Shown: positions 1 to 11,924 of the stretch, in pieces | How the letters are laid out: every line of letters starts with the position of its first letter | Numbering within the stretch: position 1 is the stretch's first letter | NCBI RefSeq assembly: GCF_037042905.1 | Contig: NC_087251.1 | Span: 49,415,358-49,479,357, forward strand | Origin: Lytechinus pictus | Lineage: Eukaryota | Length of the DNA stretch: 64,000 nt | Direction: 5' to 3' | Notes under the pieces: model-generated | The model's database searches: none | Told to the model about the DNA's origin: nothing | What the model saw: only the letters and a program-made list of their open reading frames with translations | Position numbers and translations under genes: made by a program

Positions 1-760
1 GATCAAATCACAGATAGCTGGCAAAAATCCAGATTAATCTGTAAATTGATACATATCCGCAATTGTTCTTATTCACCATTTGAATACATAATTGTTGAAT
101 AAAGTGTGTTAACTTTGAAGTAATGAAAACAATTGAGAAGGATTGCTATTTAGCGAGAATTAATTGTGCATGCATGTAGCGTGTGAGCACACGGCGAGGT
201 TTGGTGGGTACGAGATTGAGCAAACGCTGAGATTTGGCGTGCATGAGATTGGAAAGGGTGGGAGCATTACAAGAGCATGGAATACTAATATATTTCTATC
301 TGATAATTCTGTTGCAGGCATTGCTCACAGTATGTGTCCAGCTTCCATCATTGTGTGATCTTATTCTTAATGAAATAATTACACTTGTGTGTCTATATTT
401 AGCAGGACTAGGAGCACTGTTGATGCATTAACAGCAAAGTATATATTTATATAGAAGCTGCCATTTATCTTATCATTATTATTTAATTCATCCTAATCAA
501 TTAAGGATAAGTCAGACCATGACTTATCTGGTAAACCTTTTTTTTCTGACAAGCAAAAAAAAAAAAAAGATTTTAATTCCTTCCCAAGGCACTGATATTT
601 TGTCTGACATATTCCAAAATATGTCAGTAGGGGCACTTTATACACCTCCTCCTCCCCCCTAATTAAGTTTCATGATTGCTGAATAATTAGAATTATCATA
701 ATTTCTGTTTCAGACATAAATAATAGCTTAAACTTTACAAAATTCAGATGATAGTGTTAC

Positions 761-1015
761 CTGAGTGACTGATTTCCGTAGCTAACATTCAAATCTTGAG
801 TTCCACCAGGAGGCTGTCGAGGCCCTTTTCTGGACGGCTTGAGACTCGACGTCATCGGTCCCATCTCATCCTCCTCCCCTTCGAGTTCTAGAGACTGGAT
901 CCTCATAGCTTGTTCTTCCACCCATCTTAGATGATCCTCGGCCCTCTGGAGACGGGCGTTCTCTCGTCGATCTCGCTCTTCTAGCTCCTCAAGCTGCTCT
1001 CTGGAATGTAGGGTT
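761..1015 (-). CDS. SPATA7: SPATA7-like exon 7 (RTLHSREQLEELEERDRREN...YGNQSL); gene continues beyond window start
   Basis: CAG acceptor, GTAAC donor, 255 nt open frame, phase 2-2 compatible with exon 6. Confidence 0.8.
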
Positions 1016-1416
1016 CTGATTTATAGGGGAGAAGAGAAAGATATAAAGTTGTTTTTCTTGTAAAGTCATATATGACTTTAAATTGACAGGAACATGTTGT
1101 TTTTAGGTGCTAAGTCAGCTACATAGAACGATATCATTTAGCACATGAAAGTGTCACCGTTCATACATAAAGTCATTTGTAACTTATGTACAGCTCTATT
1201 AAAATACCCACCACAAAATCCCCTTGGCTGCTTGTTTTTAACAACTACAATTCTTTGATCCTTTCCCCAAGAAAGTGCTAACTCTAGTGGAGTAATTGGA
1301 AGTTGCAAACAAACGGAACCAATAAAGCCACACCCGTTAAAAAAAAAAAGTAAAAAATCTATGTTTTGAAGCTTCCAAGGACGATTGTTACTTTCACCAA
1401 CCCTCTATTTCTTTAC

Positions 1417-1847
1417 CTTGTATTGCTTTCATTCCACTGTAGTTCTCTCTCTGACCTTCCAGTTTCATTAAGTTCCTTAGCACCTCCTTTCCTCTTCGGT
1501 GCATTATAGTTCTTAGATTGAGCAAGTCTTGAAGTGGCACCCGTCTTTAAAGTTCTTGGAGTGAACAGCTTCCGCGACTCTGTAAACTTATCTGCTCGCT
1601 TGTCTAGAATGTCCGCTGATTCCTTTCTTGGTGTTCGGCTTTGGTAGTCCAGAGTCATTGAGCCTTGCATGTCGGCGTTCTTATTGTTCCTGTATTGGTT
1701 TGAATTGTAGTTGTGTGATTGGCTGGTGTGTGGCCTGTTCACGTCTGAGTATGCACTGCGGGGGCGGTACGGTTGAGGGGTCATAGAAGCGTTCCGAGGA
1801 CCTCGCGGATCAGAGATTCCATACTTGGCAAGGTCTTCATCCAAGTC
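1417..1847 (-). CDS. SPATA7: SPATA7-like exon 6
   Basis: Lies within ORF 1413-1859, with CAG acceptor and GTAAAG donor. SADILDKRADKFTESRKLFTPRTLKTGATSRLAQSKNYNAPKRK matches the conserved DLLD..F....FTPRTLKT..S.L.Q...Y....RK block of SPATA7 (recall). Confidence 0.88.
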
Positions 1848-3809
1848 CTGATATAACAAAAATATGATCCTGAATTAGTCTAACACAATTTCTTACCTGA
1901 TTTCAATAATTAAATGAAAAGAAAAGGTATCCTATACCAAGTATGGAAGGATCATCCCCTTGAATAATTTTCAGCATTGAAACATGTGAAACCTATCTAT
2001 AAAGACCACCTGCTTATACAGACTGCTTTGTCAACCAAGTGGTCTTTACAGAGGTTTGACTGTATCATAAAAAAGGTCACCTCAGAATACATAAAATTTC
2101 AAATATTTTTCACAGTAAACAAATAAGTTTCCAAGGACACCATATAAGAGACTACCTGGTAGATCTATGTTTCCATAAAAGATACAACATAGAAATTGGA
2201 GGAGTATTTCCATGAAATAAAATAGACAATGCTTTCACTGACTATTTTGCTCTGAGCCAATCAGATGCAAGTAATTCAGTAGCTTATAACAAATAGTGAA
2301 ACTGAAAGCCACTGACATGAATGCCCCCCTGATTCATGAATGATAATCACTACCATTTTCAGCCAACCACAAAAATAAAAATATGATGTTGAGAAGAAAG
2401 AAAAATATAAATATTTGGAGAGAAAAGGAAGGGTCCCCTTTTGACCCAGGATACAATAGCTGTACCATCACGGCAATAAGATAACTTGAAACTATTCCAT
2501 TAAAAAATATATATGTTCACCAATTTTTGTGCACTGCAGAAGAAAAGGCTGACAAATGGCAACACTCACCTTGCGAATCAGTACTGTTGCTCCAAATTTG
2601 ATTTTACGTAATTTCTCAATAGAAAAAAAATGGCAAAACTAATATGTTAAAGTGAAAATTAGTCTCGTCTTACATTTCCTGAATGGAATATCAAAGTCAA
2701 GCCCCATCAACCATATTTCGCATGCATAAGTATCAAATAACTACAGAAAAATGATTTGAAAATGCCAACATGAATGAAAGAAATTAATGATAATAAAAAA
2801 AAAATCGAAACTTCTGACTAGAATTTAAGTTGTTTGTTGACAACCATTGGAATTACCCGAGGCATTTTCAGTATAGCAAGTAATGTCTGCATATGGAATT
2901 CAAGGTTTACCAAGTGCTTTTCAATCCAAAGTATTTCTAATGAACTGACTACAATACTAGGAATCCAATTTGCATTCATTTTAATGTTATGTCTGGCAAA
3001 CCCTTGAATGCCCTCAGGTTGTGAATATGTAAGGAAACCGGTCTATTATAATAACAGAAAGGCATTATATTGCTGTGTCTGGCAACCTTCAAGCATTGAA
3101 AAAAATGTTTGCTTGGAAAGGTTCAAGAGGGTGATTACAATAGCTTAGTGACCAGTTAAACATGATCAGCAGAAATGAATGGTGGAGTTTCCCAATCTTT
3201 CCTGACAAAACAAATACATGCATCTTGTCCTTTGATTGCGATATGAGAATTAATCGTATCGGAATACATTAAATTATTCAATCGATATATAAAGCGGCTC
3301 TGTATCATTCACACATGCTGTTTTTAATACTCCCACTGCAAACGGTTATGAAATAAAGTGGAGACAATATTTTAGATATTTTCACCAAAAAATGGTTTAG
3401 TGGATTTCATAATTTATTCTTACATTCGAGATGAAAACTGCGAAGGTGTCAGTTAACTGAAAAAGAACCAGCAAATAATGGTGAGTTTTCGAATAAAAAA
3501 AATATATACTTTTCATCTTCTCTTAATTGTTTTGTATGTCCATGCACATGCTCTTTAAAACAAGTATTGTTTGAAAGCAATGATTTACTTTTATTTTGAG
3601 GTTTCATTTTTGTTTCTACTATGCCATTTCATTTGCTATTTCTATATATTTGGGGAAAATGGTGTGAGTTATAGTGCTACTTTTTTGAAAATATGCTTAT
3701 AAAATGTCTTCTATACATCTAGGTAGCATTGCTCAGTCCATGACTTGTTTTTTTTTTTTGGGGGGGGGAGGAGCCAACCTCGAAATGTAATTGCAAAGGG
3801 GATGGTTTC

Positions 3810-4007
3810 TACACTTCATTGAAGGGAGTTTAATCTTCTGTACACTTCATTGAAGGGAGTTAAATCTTCTGTACACTTCATTGAAGGGAGTTTAATCCTC
3901 TGTACACTTCATTGAAGGGAGTTTAATCCTCTGTACACTTAATTGAGGGGAGTTTAATCCTCTGTACACTACACTGAAGGGAGTTTAATCTTCTATACAC
4001 TCATTGC
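3810..4007. repeat. 31-bp minisatellite, about 6 copies, plus one more unit at 5433-5459
   Basis: Unit TACACTTCATTGAAGGGAGTTTAATCTTCTG starts at 3810, 3841, 3872 and onward. Confidence 0.92.
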
Positions 4008-4009
4008 AG

Positions 4010-5430
4010 AACTACTACTAGCTGGTGGTGAATCAGCAGTAACTTTGATGCTCAAGCTCTGTGTGAAGATATGGCAGACAGGTGAAAGGCCTATAGACTG
4101 GTGTCGTGCTCGGTTTGTTTCTATACCTAAGAAAGGAGATCTACAACTTTGCGAAAACTACAGAACAATTTCCCTCATCTGTCATGCGAGCAAGATCATG
4201 CTTCAAGTACTTCTAAGTAGAATGACTCATCAACTGGTGACAGAAATGGATGAAGCACAAGCACCCGGGCACCAGAGACCACATCTTTAATCTTCAATTG
4301 CTTATTCAGAAATGTCACAAAATGAACCAGGATTTATTCATCTGTTTTGTGGACTACTCCAAAGCCTTTGATGATGCTAGATATAGCCATCTTTGGAATG
4401 TGATGCTGAAAATGGACTTCCCACATCATGTGATCAGGCTGATTAGATCTCTGTACGCGGACCAACAGTCAGCTGTTAAATTGGAATGTGGCACTACAGA
4501 CTGGTTCGATATCAAGAAAGGAGTTCGACAGGGATGTATACTCTCTCCTGCATTTTTTAACATTTACACAGAGAAAATAATGAGGGAAGTTATGGTGTCC
4601 AAGCAGAAGACTTTGACTTATTGCATGTAGGAGGAGTAGAGCTAGGAAATCTGCGATATGCAGATGAGGCAGCTATGATTTCCAAATCAAGACCTGGCCT
4701 GAGAAGTATTGTATCATCTCTGAATGAAAGAAGCAAATCATACGGTTTCAAAATGAATGCGTCAAAAACGAAAGTTATGTCTGTGGTTAAAGAAGAGGAT
4801 GGAAATGATGAAGGAGTTAGTATTGATAACTCAATACTGGAGGAAGTTGATCATTTCAAGTACCTTGGGGTGAGAATTCAGAAAGATGGTGACAATAGCA
4901 GGGAAATTAAAAACCCGACTAGCTATGGGTTTGAAGGCACTAAACAACATGAAGAAACTATGGCAATGACAGGACAAGCAGACGAAAGTTCTCAGAGCCT
5001 GCATCTTCCCCATTGCAACCTACGCCTGCGAAGCTTGGGTACTACGTAAGGCAGATGAGCTAAGAATCACTGCTTTTGAAAGCAAGTGTTATCGCAGGAT
5101 TTTGAGAGTCCCCTGGGTGGAACGACGGACAAATGAAGACATCAGGAATGAGCTCAATGTGCCTAGTGACTGGCTACTGCAATATGTGAGGAGACAAAAG
5201 CTGGGATATTTTGGTCATATCATGAGACATAATGGTCTGGAGAAGAGGGTCCTTGGGGCACACATTCCTGGTAAACGTAGTAGAGGAAGACCAAGATGTA
5301 AATGGGACAAAACAGCGAGGGAGGCATTTGGTACCATGGAGAAAGCAACTAGAATGGCTCAAAACAGATGGTTGTACCAAGCTGCCGTAAGGGAAGCTAC
5401 GCTCTGATTAGAGTATGCTGTGACGACGAC
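4010..5430 (+). mobile_element. 5'-truncated, frameshifted RTE-clade LINE (reverse transcriptase and C-terminus)
   Basis: ORF fragments 4045-5407 carry IPKKGD..C.NYRTISL..HASK, FVDYSKAFD, GVRQGCILSP, NLRYADE, FKYLG and YFGHIMR..GKRSRGRP. Ends in a short (GAC)3 tail. Confidence 0.93.
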
Positions 5431-5604
5431 TCTTCATTGAAGGGAGTTAAATCTTCTGTCAATTTATTTAGGTTAATTGTTCTATTTTGAGTTTGATGTG
5501 ACAGAAATGTGAGAGTCTGATGTGTTTTTTTTCCATGCTTCTGGTTAACTCAGTCCCATAAATGAAAAAAAAAAGGTCTAGGACCTATGGGACACAGAAC
5601 TTAC

Positions 5605-5720
5605 TAAATCAGGGTCATTTGTTGTATTCCTTGAAGCAGGCCTAGATGAAGAAGTTTTCTTGGCACTTTGTAACTTCTTTCTCTGCTTTTCCATGGCTTG
5701 TCGCTTTAACTGGTCCCGCT
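5605..5720 (-). CDS. SPATA7: SPATA7-like exon 5 (KRDQLKRQAMEKQRKKLQSAKKTSSSRPASRNTTNDPDL)
   Basis: CAG acceptor, GTAAGT donor, phase 1-0. DQxxR motif follows the exon-4 block as in SPATA7. Confidence 0.85.
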
Positions 5721-6077
5721 CTGATTTGATGAGAAAATATCTTGTTAACAATGAAGAGAAAATGCCTTTCAGACAATGGCATGTTATATTATTTATTTAC
5801 TAAATTATATTTTGGAAACGATTAGGCCTACTTGCTTTTTTAATTGTTCTCTATTTCTTTGCTCTTTCCGTCCCCAGCCTTATGTTTTACACTCTGGGAA
5901 TTGCTTTATTTATTTATTTCTAATGGTTAATTGATAATCTCTCAACATTGTACTATGAATGTATTTTTGTTATGATATTTGCAAAAAAATAATGACATTC
6001 TTTCCACCTCTTTCAGTCAATAAAAGGAAATGTCCAAATCATTTTGTTAAAAGAAGTATTCAGTAAAATATACTTAC

Positions 6078-6125
6078 TTATTGTACTTGATGTCCATGAT
6101 TTTGGAACTCCTGCATCAATACGTG
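6078..6125 (-). CDS. SPATA7: SPATA7-like exon 4 (SRIDAGVPKSWTSSTI)
   Basis: CAG acceptor, GTAAGT donor, 48 nt, phase 1-1. Contains a (V/I)DxxxPxS motif. Confidence 0.85.
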   Translation of the reverse strand, partial: HVLMQEFQNHGHQVQ

Positions 6126-6580
6126 CTGTAGAATGAAAATGAAGTTAAGAAGTTTAATACCTCAAATACATTGATTCATTATTCCCATTCTTGGATAATT
6201 ATTCAATTAAAAATACAATCACAATCTTTGGGCATTTAAAAAAGGTTTGTGCTATTTTCCTATTGCTACTTTGATGGAAGACACACTGCAGTGATTAAAC
6301 CTAAGGAATTTGTAACATCTCTAGATTCTCCCCCCTTCAAAAGAAAAGCCAAACATAAGTAATAGAGACATTAAATAGTTCAGATTGAAAAATGACTATT
6401 TTTTCAAGAGGAGAAGATTAAGACTGAACCAATCACAAAATATCAATATCGATCAATTGACTGGTTATGGTATAAACAAGAGATGATATGAATTTCTATA
6501 GTTCTCAATCAAAGCAAATCATAATTAACATTATGAATGCACAATTTCTGTTTTGTAGAAGAAGCATACCGGGTACTTAC

Positions 6581-6670
6581 ATTTAGCTGAGCCTAGCTTT
6601 TTATAGTGGATGTTAAGACCATTGATCACATCACTCTGGTTGAGTGCTCTCTTGTTGTTTGATGAGTACG
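6581..6670 (-). CDS. SPATA7: SPATA7-like exon 3 (PYSSNNKRALNQSDVINGLNIHYKKLGSAK)
   Basis: TAG acceptor, GTAAG donor, 90 nt, in frame. HYKKLGSAK matches the SPATA7/HSD3 HYxKxxSAK motif. Confidence 0.85.
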
Positions 6671-7275
6671 CTAAAAAAAAAGGTCATTATAACATTAATA
6701 TTGCTATCAGGGCCCAGAAACACAAAGGTAGATGATCATGTGCTTAATTTTCATGATTGATTGTGCATTGTAGTCTATGCAAACTATTGTCAAAATATCT
6801 TCTGCGATCATTGCTAAGCTTTGTGTTACCGGCTCCAGGAAAGGAAACTTCAATGAAATCCAGAAATGACTGCATTGGCCTCCATGTTGATTCAGCACGC
6901 AGAGTGTAAATTCCATATTTACCCCAAACTTAAAAAAAATGGTTCTACTTTATATTCGAGTTTGGGTATTTAACACTTAATAAAGTAATACATATTAAGG
7001 GCTCTACTATATTGAGTTTGGGTATTTAGTTCCGTACTAAATAAAATAATAAAATTCAACAAATAGGCTATGAAAGGTGCATGGATATTATTTTGGCTTA
7101 AATCGGCTCCCTTTCTCGATTTTAACACGCCATTGACCCCAAAACATGCCACTTATTATTGAGTCGAGAATAAACTCTGCAAGTAATAAAGAGTTATTAC
7201 CTCCATTAAATTAACTCCTACTTTGTCCATTCAATCTTGTAGGCCATATAAGACAAACTACACGCGCACTCCGCC

Positions 7276-8521
7276 ATGGATGCCGTTTTTGCATCGCTTC
7301 CAGTCATTGATGGGAACATAGAAGGCGGGATAGCCACCGGTATAGATGAAAGTCTATCCAAGGACCTTCGAATCCCAGTCCTCAGAAGAGGCGAAGAAGC
7401 GCTAGACAGGATCAAGTCCAAGGCCGTAGCTATACGCTGGGCACATACAAAATTCAAGAAGAACAAAACCCTCCAGAAGTTAGCAGTATGCGCAGTTGTG
7501 ATAACCTACGATTTGGGGTTGCTAGTGGATGGAGACTCAGACATAACATACATCGGTCCAGACCATGAGCTCTGTGCTGAAGACAGTCACGATGATGATA
7601 TCAGGAAAATGACCAATTCTACAGGTTTCAGTCAAGCTGCAACTGTAGTACTGGCAACCAAACCATCCTATTGGTTAACAAACCATCACATAGGACAGGG
7701 GAGAATGGCAAGTTGTCCACGTAAAGTCGCCGAGGTCCTCTTTGAATACACAGATATAGAAGAACTGTCTTCAATTTTCCACACCATTGGTCACTGGGCT
7801 AGTACTCGCAAAGTCCTGGAGGCAGCAGGCATTGAGGCATCGCCAAGTCTAACCCTATCTTTGATACTAGACACACTTTGACCTTATCAGAGGACGCCAA
7901 GTTGCGTTTCGGAGGATTTCCAGTCAGAACGCATAAAGTAGCCAACGCCTACTAGGGAGCGGAATGCCTAGTCGCCTCAATGTACTACGCGATAACCCTT
8001 GACGCAATTACCATACGCGACATATTTCGCCAATACAACAAGATTAGGCAAAACAGGTCAGCCTACCACGTAGGAGCCAAGTTTCTGACGGGAAAGCCTA
8101 GGGCGGAAGCTGAGGAACCAGTAGCTAAATCTATGCTGTGCCGAGTAGGCACTTTCCTACGAATCGTTATGCCCCGATCTACTTTGACTGCCTCTCCGCA
8201 CTTCGAAGTGTCAAGAGTTCAAAGCTATTCGGACTATGACGGCGACTATGAGTCTCGCATCACTGCGTCAAGATCTCGCCAAGCAACAATGTCAAGTAAA
8301 CCCATGGGGAGGATTATAGAAGTCTTCACCTTCATGTCATCGCGAATCGCCCAAGACATCGCGCCTTCGGCGTATCCGTCGCATTTAAGTTGCAGGGAGA
8401 GTCTTCCTCTGACCATGAGCCTGAACCAGTTGCATCTGAGGAGTCATATGTAGAAGAGGAGACGGCCACAACTTCTAAGTCTAAAAGGAAGACCAAGCAG
8501 CAGTCTGGCACGGCTAAGTGA
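7276..8521 (+). pseudogene. Endogenous viral element: disrupted nucleoprotein-like gene of a negative-strand RNA virus (Qinviridae-like)
   Basis: Intronless and higher in GC than the flanks. ORFs 7276-7881 and 7980-8453 join via a frameshift near 7837 and a TAG at 7953. A further frameshift near 8360 leads to an acidic/basic tail ending TGA 8519-8521. Motifs: ATKPSYWLTNHHIGQG, HTIGHWAST, TLSEDAKLRF, YHVGAKFLTG, GTFL..STLTASPH. Confidence 0.8.
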
Positions 8522-9675
8522 AGCAGGAGGAAGTAGATCTTCTACGGAACTTGCCCCATAAGATTGGAGTCTCATCTCACCTTGATCTTTTACCATATGT
8601 TGGATGTGTTACTGTAATGCTGAGATGCAGATCACATGTTAGCTGTAGCTTATATGGCATATATTACTTATTGTTGATGTTACTTTGTTAGTATTTAATA
8701 GTCCAGTTCAAGGGACTACTTGAGGTTTTATGAGATAGTCTTAGATTTTCAAAGTTTGCATTTGGACTCTGGTCTAATCAGATATCAATGCTGTGATATA
8801 TAAAGCATAGAATACATTATTCAGAAGAAACTGCATACACAGCACAGTAGGAAAAACATCTGACCTAGAGTAAGGTTTCCTCAACCTTTAGATCACACTT
8901 TGATGATTGACAACCAATACCAGAATTAAGATTAGGTCTGTTCATCAATGAACCCACGTGTATGATAACCTATGGAATTGTAGGCCACCCAATGTTAATG
9001 TTAATGTCAAACACACCCTGTTCTTGGACACATAGGCAAGTCCTAACTGCAGAGGCCAAGAGATTACAGATGATCTTTAAGAAAAAAAAAACTGGGCTTC
9101 CTTTCTAGTACTTATACTGTGTGTACAGTGATTCAGTACCCTTTTCACATTAACACCTGGGTGGTGAGTGGCAAATACAGATTAATGATTTGCAGAGCTC
9201 AAAACCAAGATTGAAGGAATGGATAGGATATTTACTTTTATCATCTTTCTACCAAAATAAACTGAATCATGGATAATATTTGGTTTCACTTAAATGATTT
9301 TGTAATTTTGTATATTAACACTTGATGTTATCTTTATATGTGAGACAGTAAGAAAGGATATTTAACTGTAGACATCATTATCAATGAAGTTGTTATTGTT
9401 GTTTTTATTCATAATGCAGCCCTATTCAGCATGTTGATACCCGATTTCCCATCATATTGAAACAAAAATACAGATCAGAGAAAAAAAAAATCTCTTCACA
9501 ATCACATTTTGGTGCCAAATACAGGGAAACATTAATGCAATATATATTTGTGATTTCACTAACAATAACGCGTTGAACTAATCAGATGCAAAGATTTATG
9601 TAGCTTAGAACAAAAAGCTAGTGAAAATTATCAACTATTCTTTTAATGAAACAAATATAGGAAAGGAAGACTTAC

Positions 9676-9756
9676 GGCTACTCTTCAAGGATAGCTGTCC
9701 TTTATCAAGCCCTTTGACAGACACAGGGCTAGGTGGAATGGCAGGTGTTGGGGTAG
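9676..9756 (-). CDS. SPATA7: SPATA7-like exon 2 (ATPTPAIPPSPVSVKGLDKGQLSLKSS)
   Basis: Polypyrimidine-CAG acceptor, GTAAG donor, 81 nt, phase 1-1. KGQLSLKSS resembles the N-terminal KGHLSxKS motif of SPATA7 (recall). Confidence 0.8.
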
Positions 9757-10590
9757 CTGAGAAAAAAAGGACAAAAATATTAGCTGATCATCACAAAAAC
9801 ACAATGTTACATGTAAAGATTGCTCATCACTTAGGCAAAAATAAGATTAACCTAAGGTCAGGGAAGCCGCCTCTGTTTTGGTTTTTTTTTAAGTATGAAA
9901 ATATGAAAGCTCCTAGATTTATTTCTTTTCTTGTGTGTGTGGTGTGGTGTAGTGGGGATAGGACTCTTTGCATGTCAAAAAGCCATACTCATGAATGCTC
10001 ATAACAAAGGTGAAATAGAAATGGAACCTTTAAGGGTTCGTCAAAATGAGTGTCTTTGGACATGTTTGTCCTCACTGTCCATATCATTAAATTGTAAATG
10101 GAAGAGCTTGAACCTGAAAAAAAAAGAAATACATTGCCGTCCGTTCTCTACAATCCAAAATTGCACACAAAATGGCGATATGCGCGAGGTACCAGGTCCC
10201 GTCCGAGCAAAAAAAGCATTTTTGCTTGAATTTCACGTAGATGCCTGATCAGCATGGATATAAATTTTTGCCTAAAGAGGGCGCGCGATATTATTATTCA
10301 TATGCCGGTTTGTAGCGTTTGTCTGCAGCTTGTACTGCTATCTGCATTCTAAGCGTTCAGCATTATTTTCTTGCTCGTTCACTCCACTTTCATCATCATC
10401 TGTCAAAAGATGGCATACTTTACCTATAAGTATATACATGTACATGAAATGCAACCTGTTTATTTTTTTTCTACAATTTCTTATGCGCTGACGACTTAAA
10501 TCGAGACTGTTCGATAGGAAAAATCGCATTTCAATTGTTGTTTGCGTGATTTCCACCGCAGTACTTGGACGGACAGACGGAGTATCATAT

Positions 10591-10681
10591 CGTCTTTCGG
10601 ATGGTGACGTTAAAGGTCGGTCCCAGACATAAATAATCATATCTGATTGATACACGTCTGACAAAACTCAAATACACACAT
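10591..10681 (+). mobile_element. 5'-truncated copy of the SINE at 46259 (core and tail only)
   Basis: Near-identical to 46336-46426 (CGTCTTTCGGATGGTGACGTTAAAGGTCGGTCCCAGAC...ACAAAACTCAAATACACACAT). Confidence 0.85.
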
Positions 10682-11037
10682 GGCCGAAATTTTGAGGTAA
10701 GCATTAAACATAAAAAAATCATTTACAAATAATTTCGAATAAATTTAAAAAATAAAGCTAGGCCTAGATGATTGTTGTAAATTACGTATAGCCTAGGAAA
10801 TATGTTGAACTTTTTGGCGTGTTTCATTCCCTGACATTCGTGTGATGAATGAAAACGTCAAAATGCACTATGAAATCACATGCGTTGTGCGAGGTTAGTA
10901 TACTAACCTCGCATGTTGTGTGAGTGGGGCCAGGCATATCGAGAAAAAAAATAACAAACATCATATTTGGTAGATGGGACCACAGTCGTCATTCCGCCTC
11001 AAATAACATGCAAATTATCCATTGAAAGCATCCTTAC

Positions 11038-11062
11038 CCCGCGGAAAATCTGGTTTCGCCAT
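11038..11062 (-). CDS. SPATA7: SPATA7-like exon 1 (MAKPDFPR + 1 nt)
   Basis: ATG at 11062-11060 and GTAAG donor at 11037. Phase 1 matches the next exon. NRF1/RFX-like motifs lie ~170 bp upstream. Confidence 0.65.
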
Positions 11063-11222
11063 CTCAGAAAAGTCTATCTCTCACAACCTTCCAAATCCAT
11101 TGAGTCATTGAGATTTTAGATGAGAGTAATGAAAAAGCCCCGATTATGGAAATTTCACCTTTCACTTCCCAATTTTGGCCAAAACTATGCAGAGGGCGTT
11201 TCACGAAATAAAATAGACAATT

Positions 11223-11256
11223 TGCGCATGCGCAAGCGACACGTAGCTATGGAAAC
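11223..11256 (-). promoter_or_regulatory. NRF1-like palindrome and RFX X-box-like site upstream of SPATA7-like start
   Basis: TGCGCATGCGCA at 11223-11234 and GTAGCTATGGAAAC at 11243-11256, in a locally CpG-rich stretch. Confidence 0.6.
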
Positions 11257-11924
11257 ATTTTCCTTTTCGTGAACCCAAGATCCGATCGACTACGAGAGTA
11301 TACGAGTACGAATATGATAATGTCCATCATCAGTGTATTGCCCGACCTTTGATTTCATCATGAATAGGACAATCGAGCCTGAAATTACACCCAGAATTCC
11401 TAAAAATCACGTTAAAGGGATGGTCCGGACTGAAAATATTTATATCTAAATAGAGTAAAATTCACAGAGCAAAATGCTGAAAAATTTCATAAAAATCGGA
11501 TAACAACGAAGTCATTGAATTTTAAAGTTCATCAATATTTTGTGAAAAAAAGTTGCATGCACATGACATGGTCATGAATATTCATTAGGTGGGCTGATGA
11601 TGTCACATCCCCACTTTCCTTTTTCTTATGCTATTACATGCATCATAATTCTAAATGTTTCATTTTTTTCATACTGTGTATAAATGATTGTGTTTCCTTT
11701 ATTAGGGGTGGGAAAATAACCCCAAAAAATTAAACGGGTAGATTTTACGGCGATTTTGGCTGCTGAACACAAATCCGACAACCATTTTGACCTACGATGC
11801 AGTTTTATATTGGTTCCATGCGATTTTTCAAAATGGCCGCCAAATTCCTTCCAAATCAGTGTTTTAACAGGAAAATCCTTAAAATAAAATATATATACAA
11901 ATAAGGCTGGCAATATGTCTAACT

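Noticed and set aside
7218..7466. 82-aa minus-strand ORF
   Set aside because: Antisense shadow of the viral nucleoprotein frame. Not needed for an in-frame SPATA7 model.
10908..10937. Alternative first exon ATGCCTGGC...GAG|GTTAGT on the minus strand
   Set aside because: Phase 0 does not fit the phase-1 start of exon 2. The 11038-11062 exon fits.
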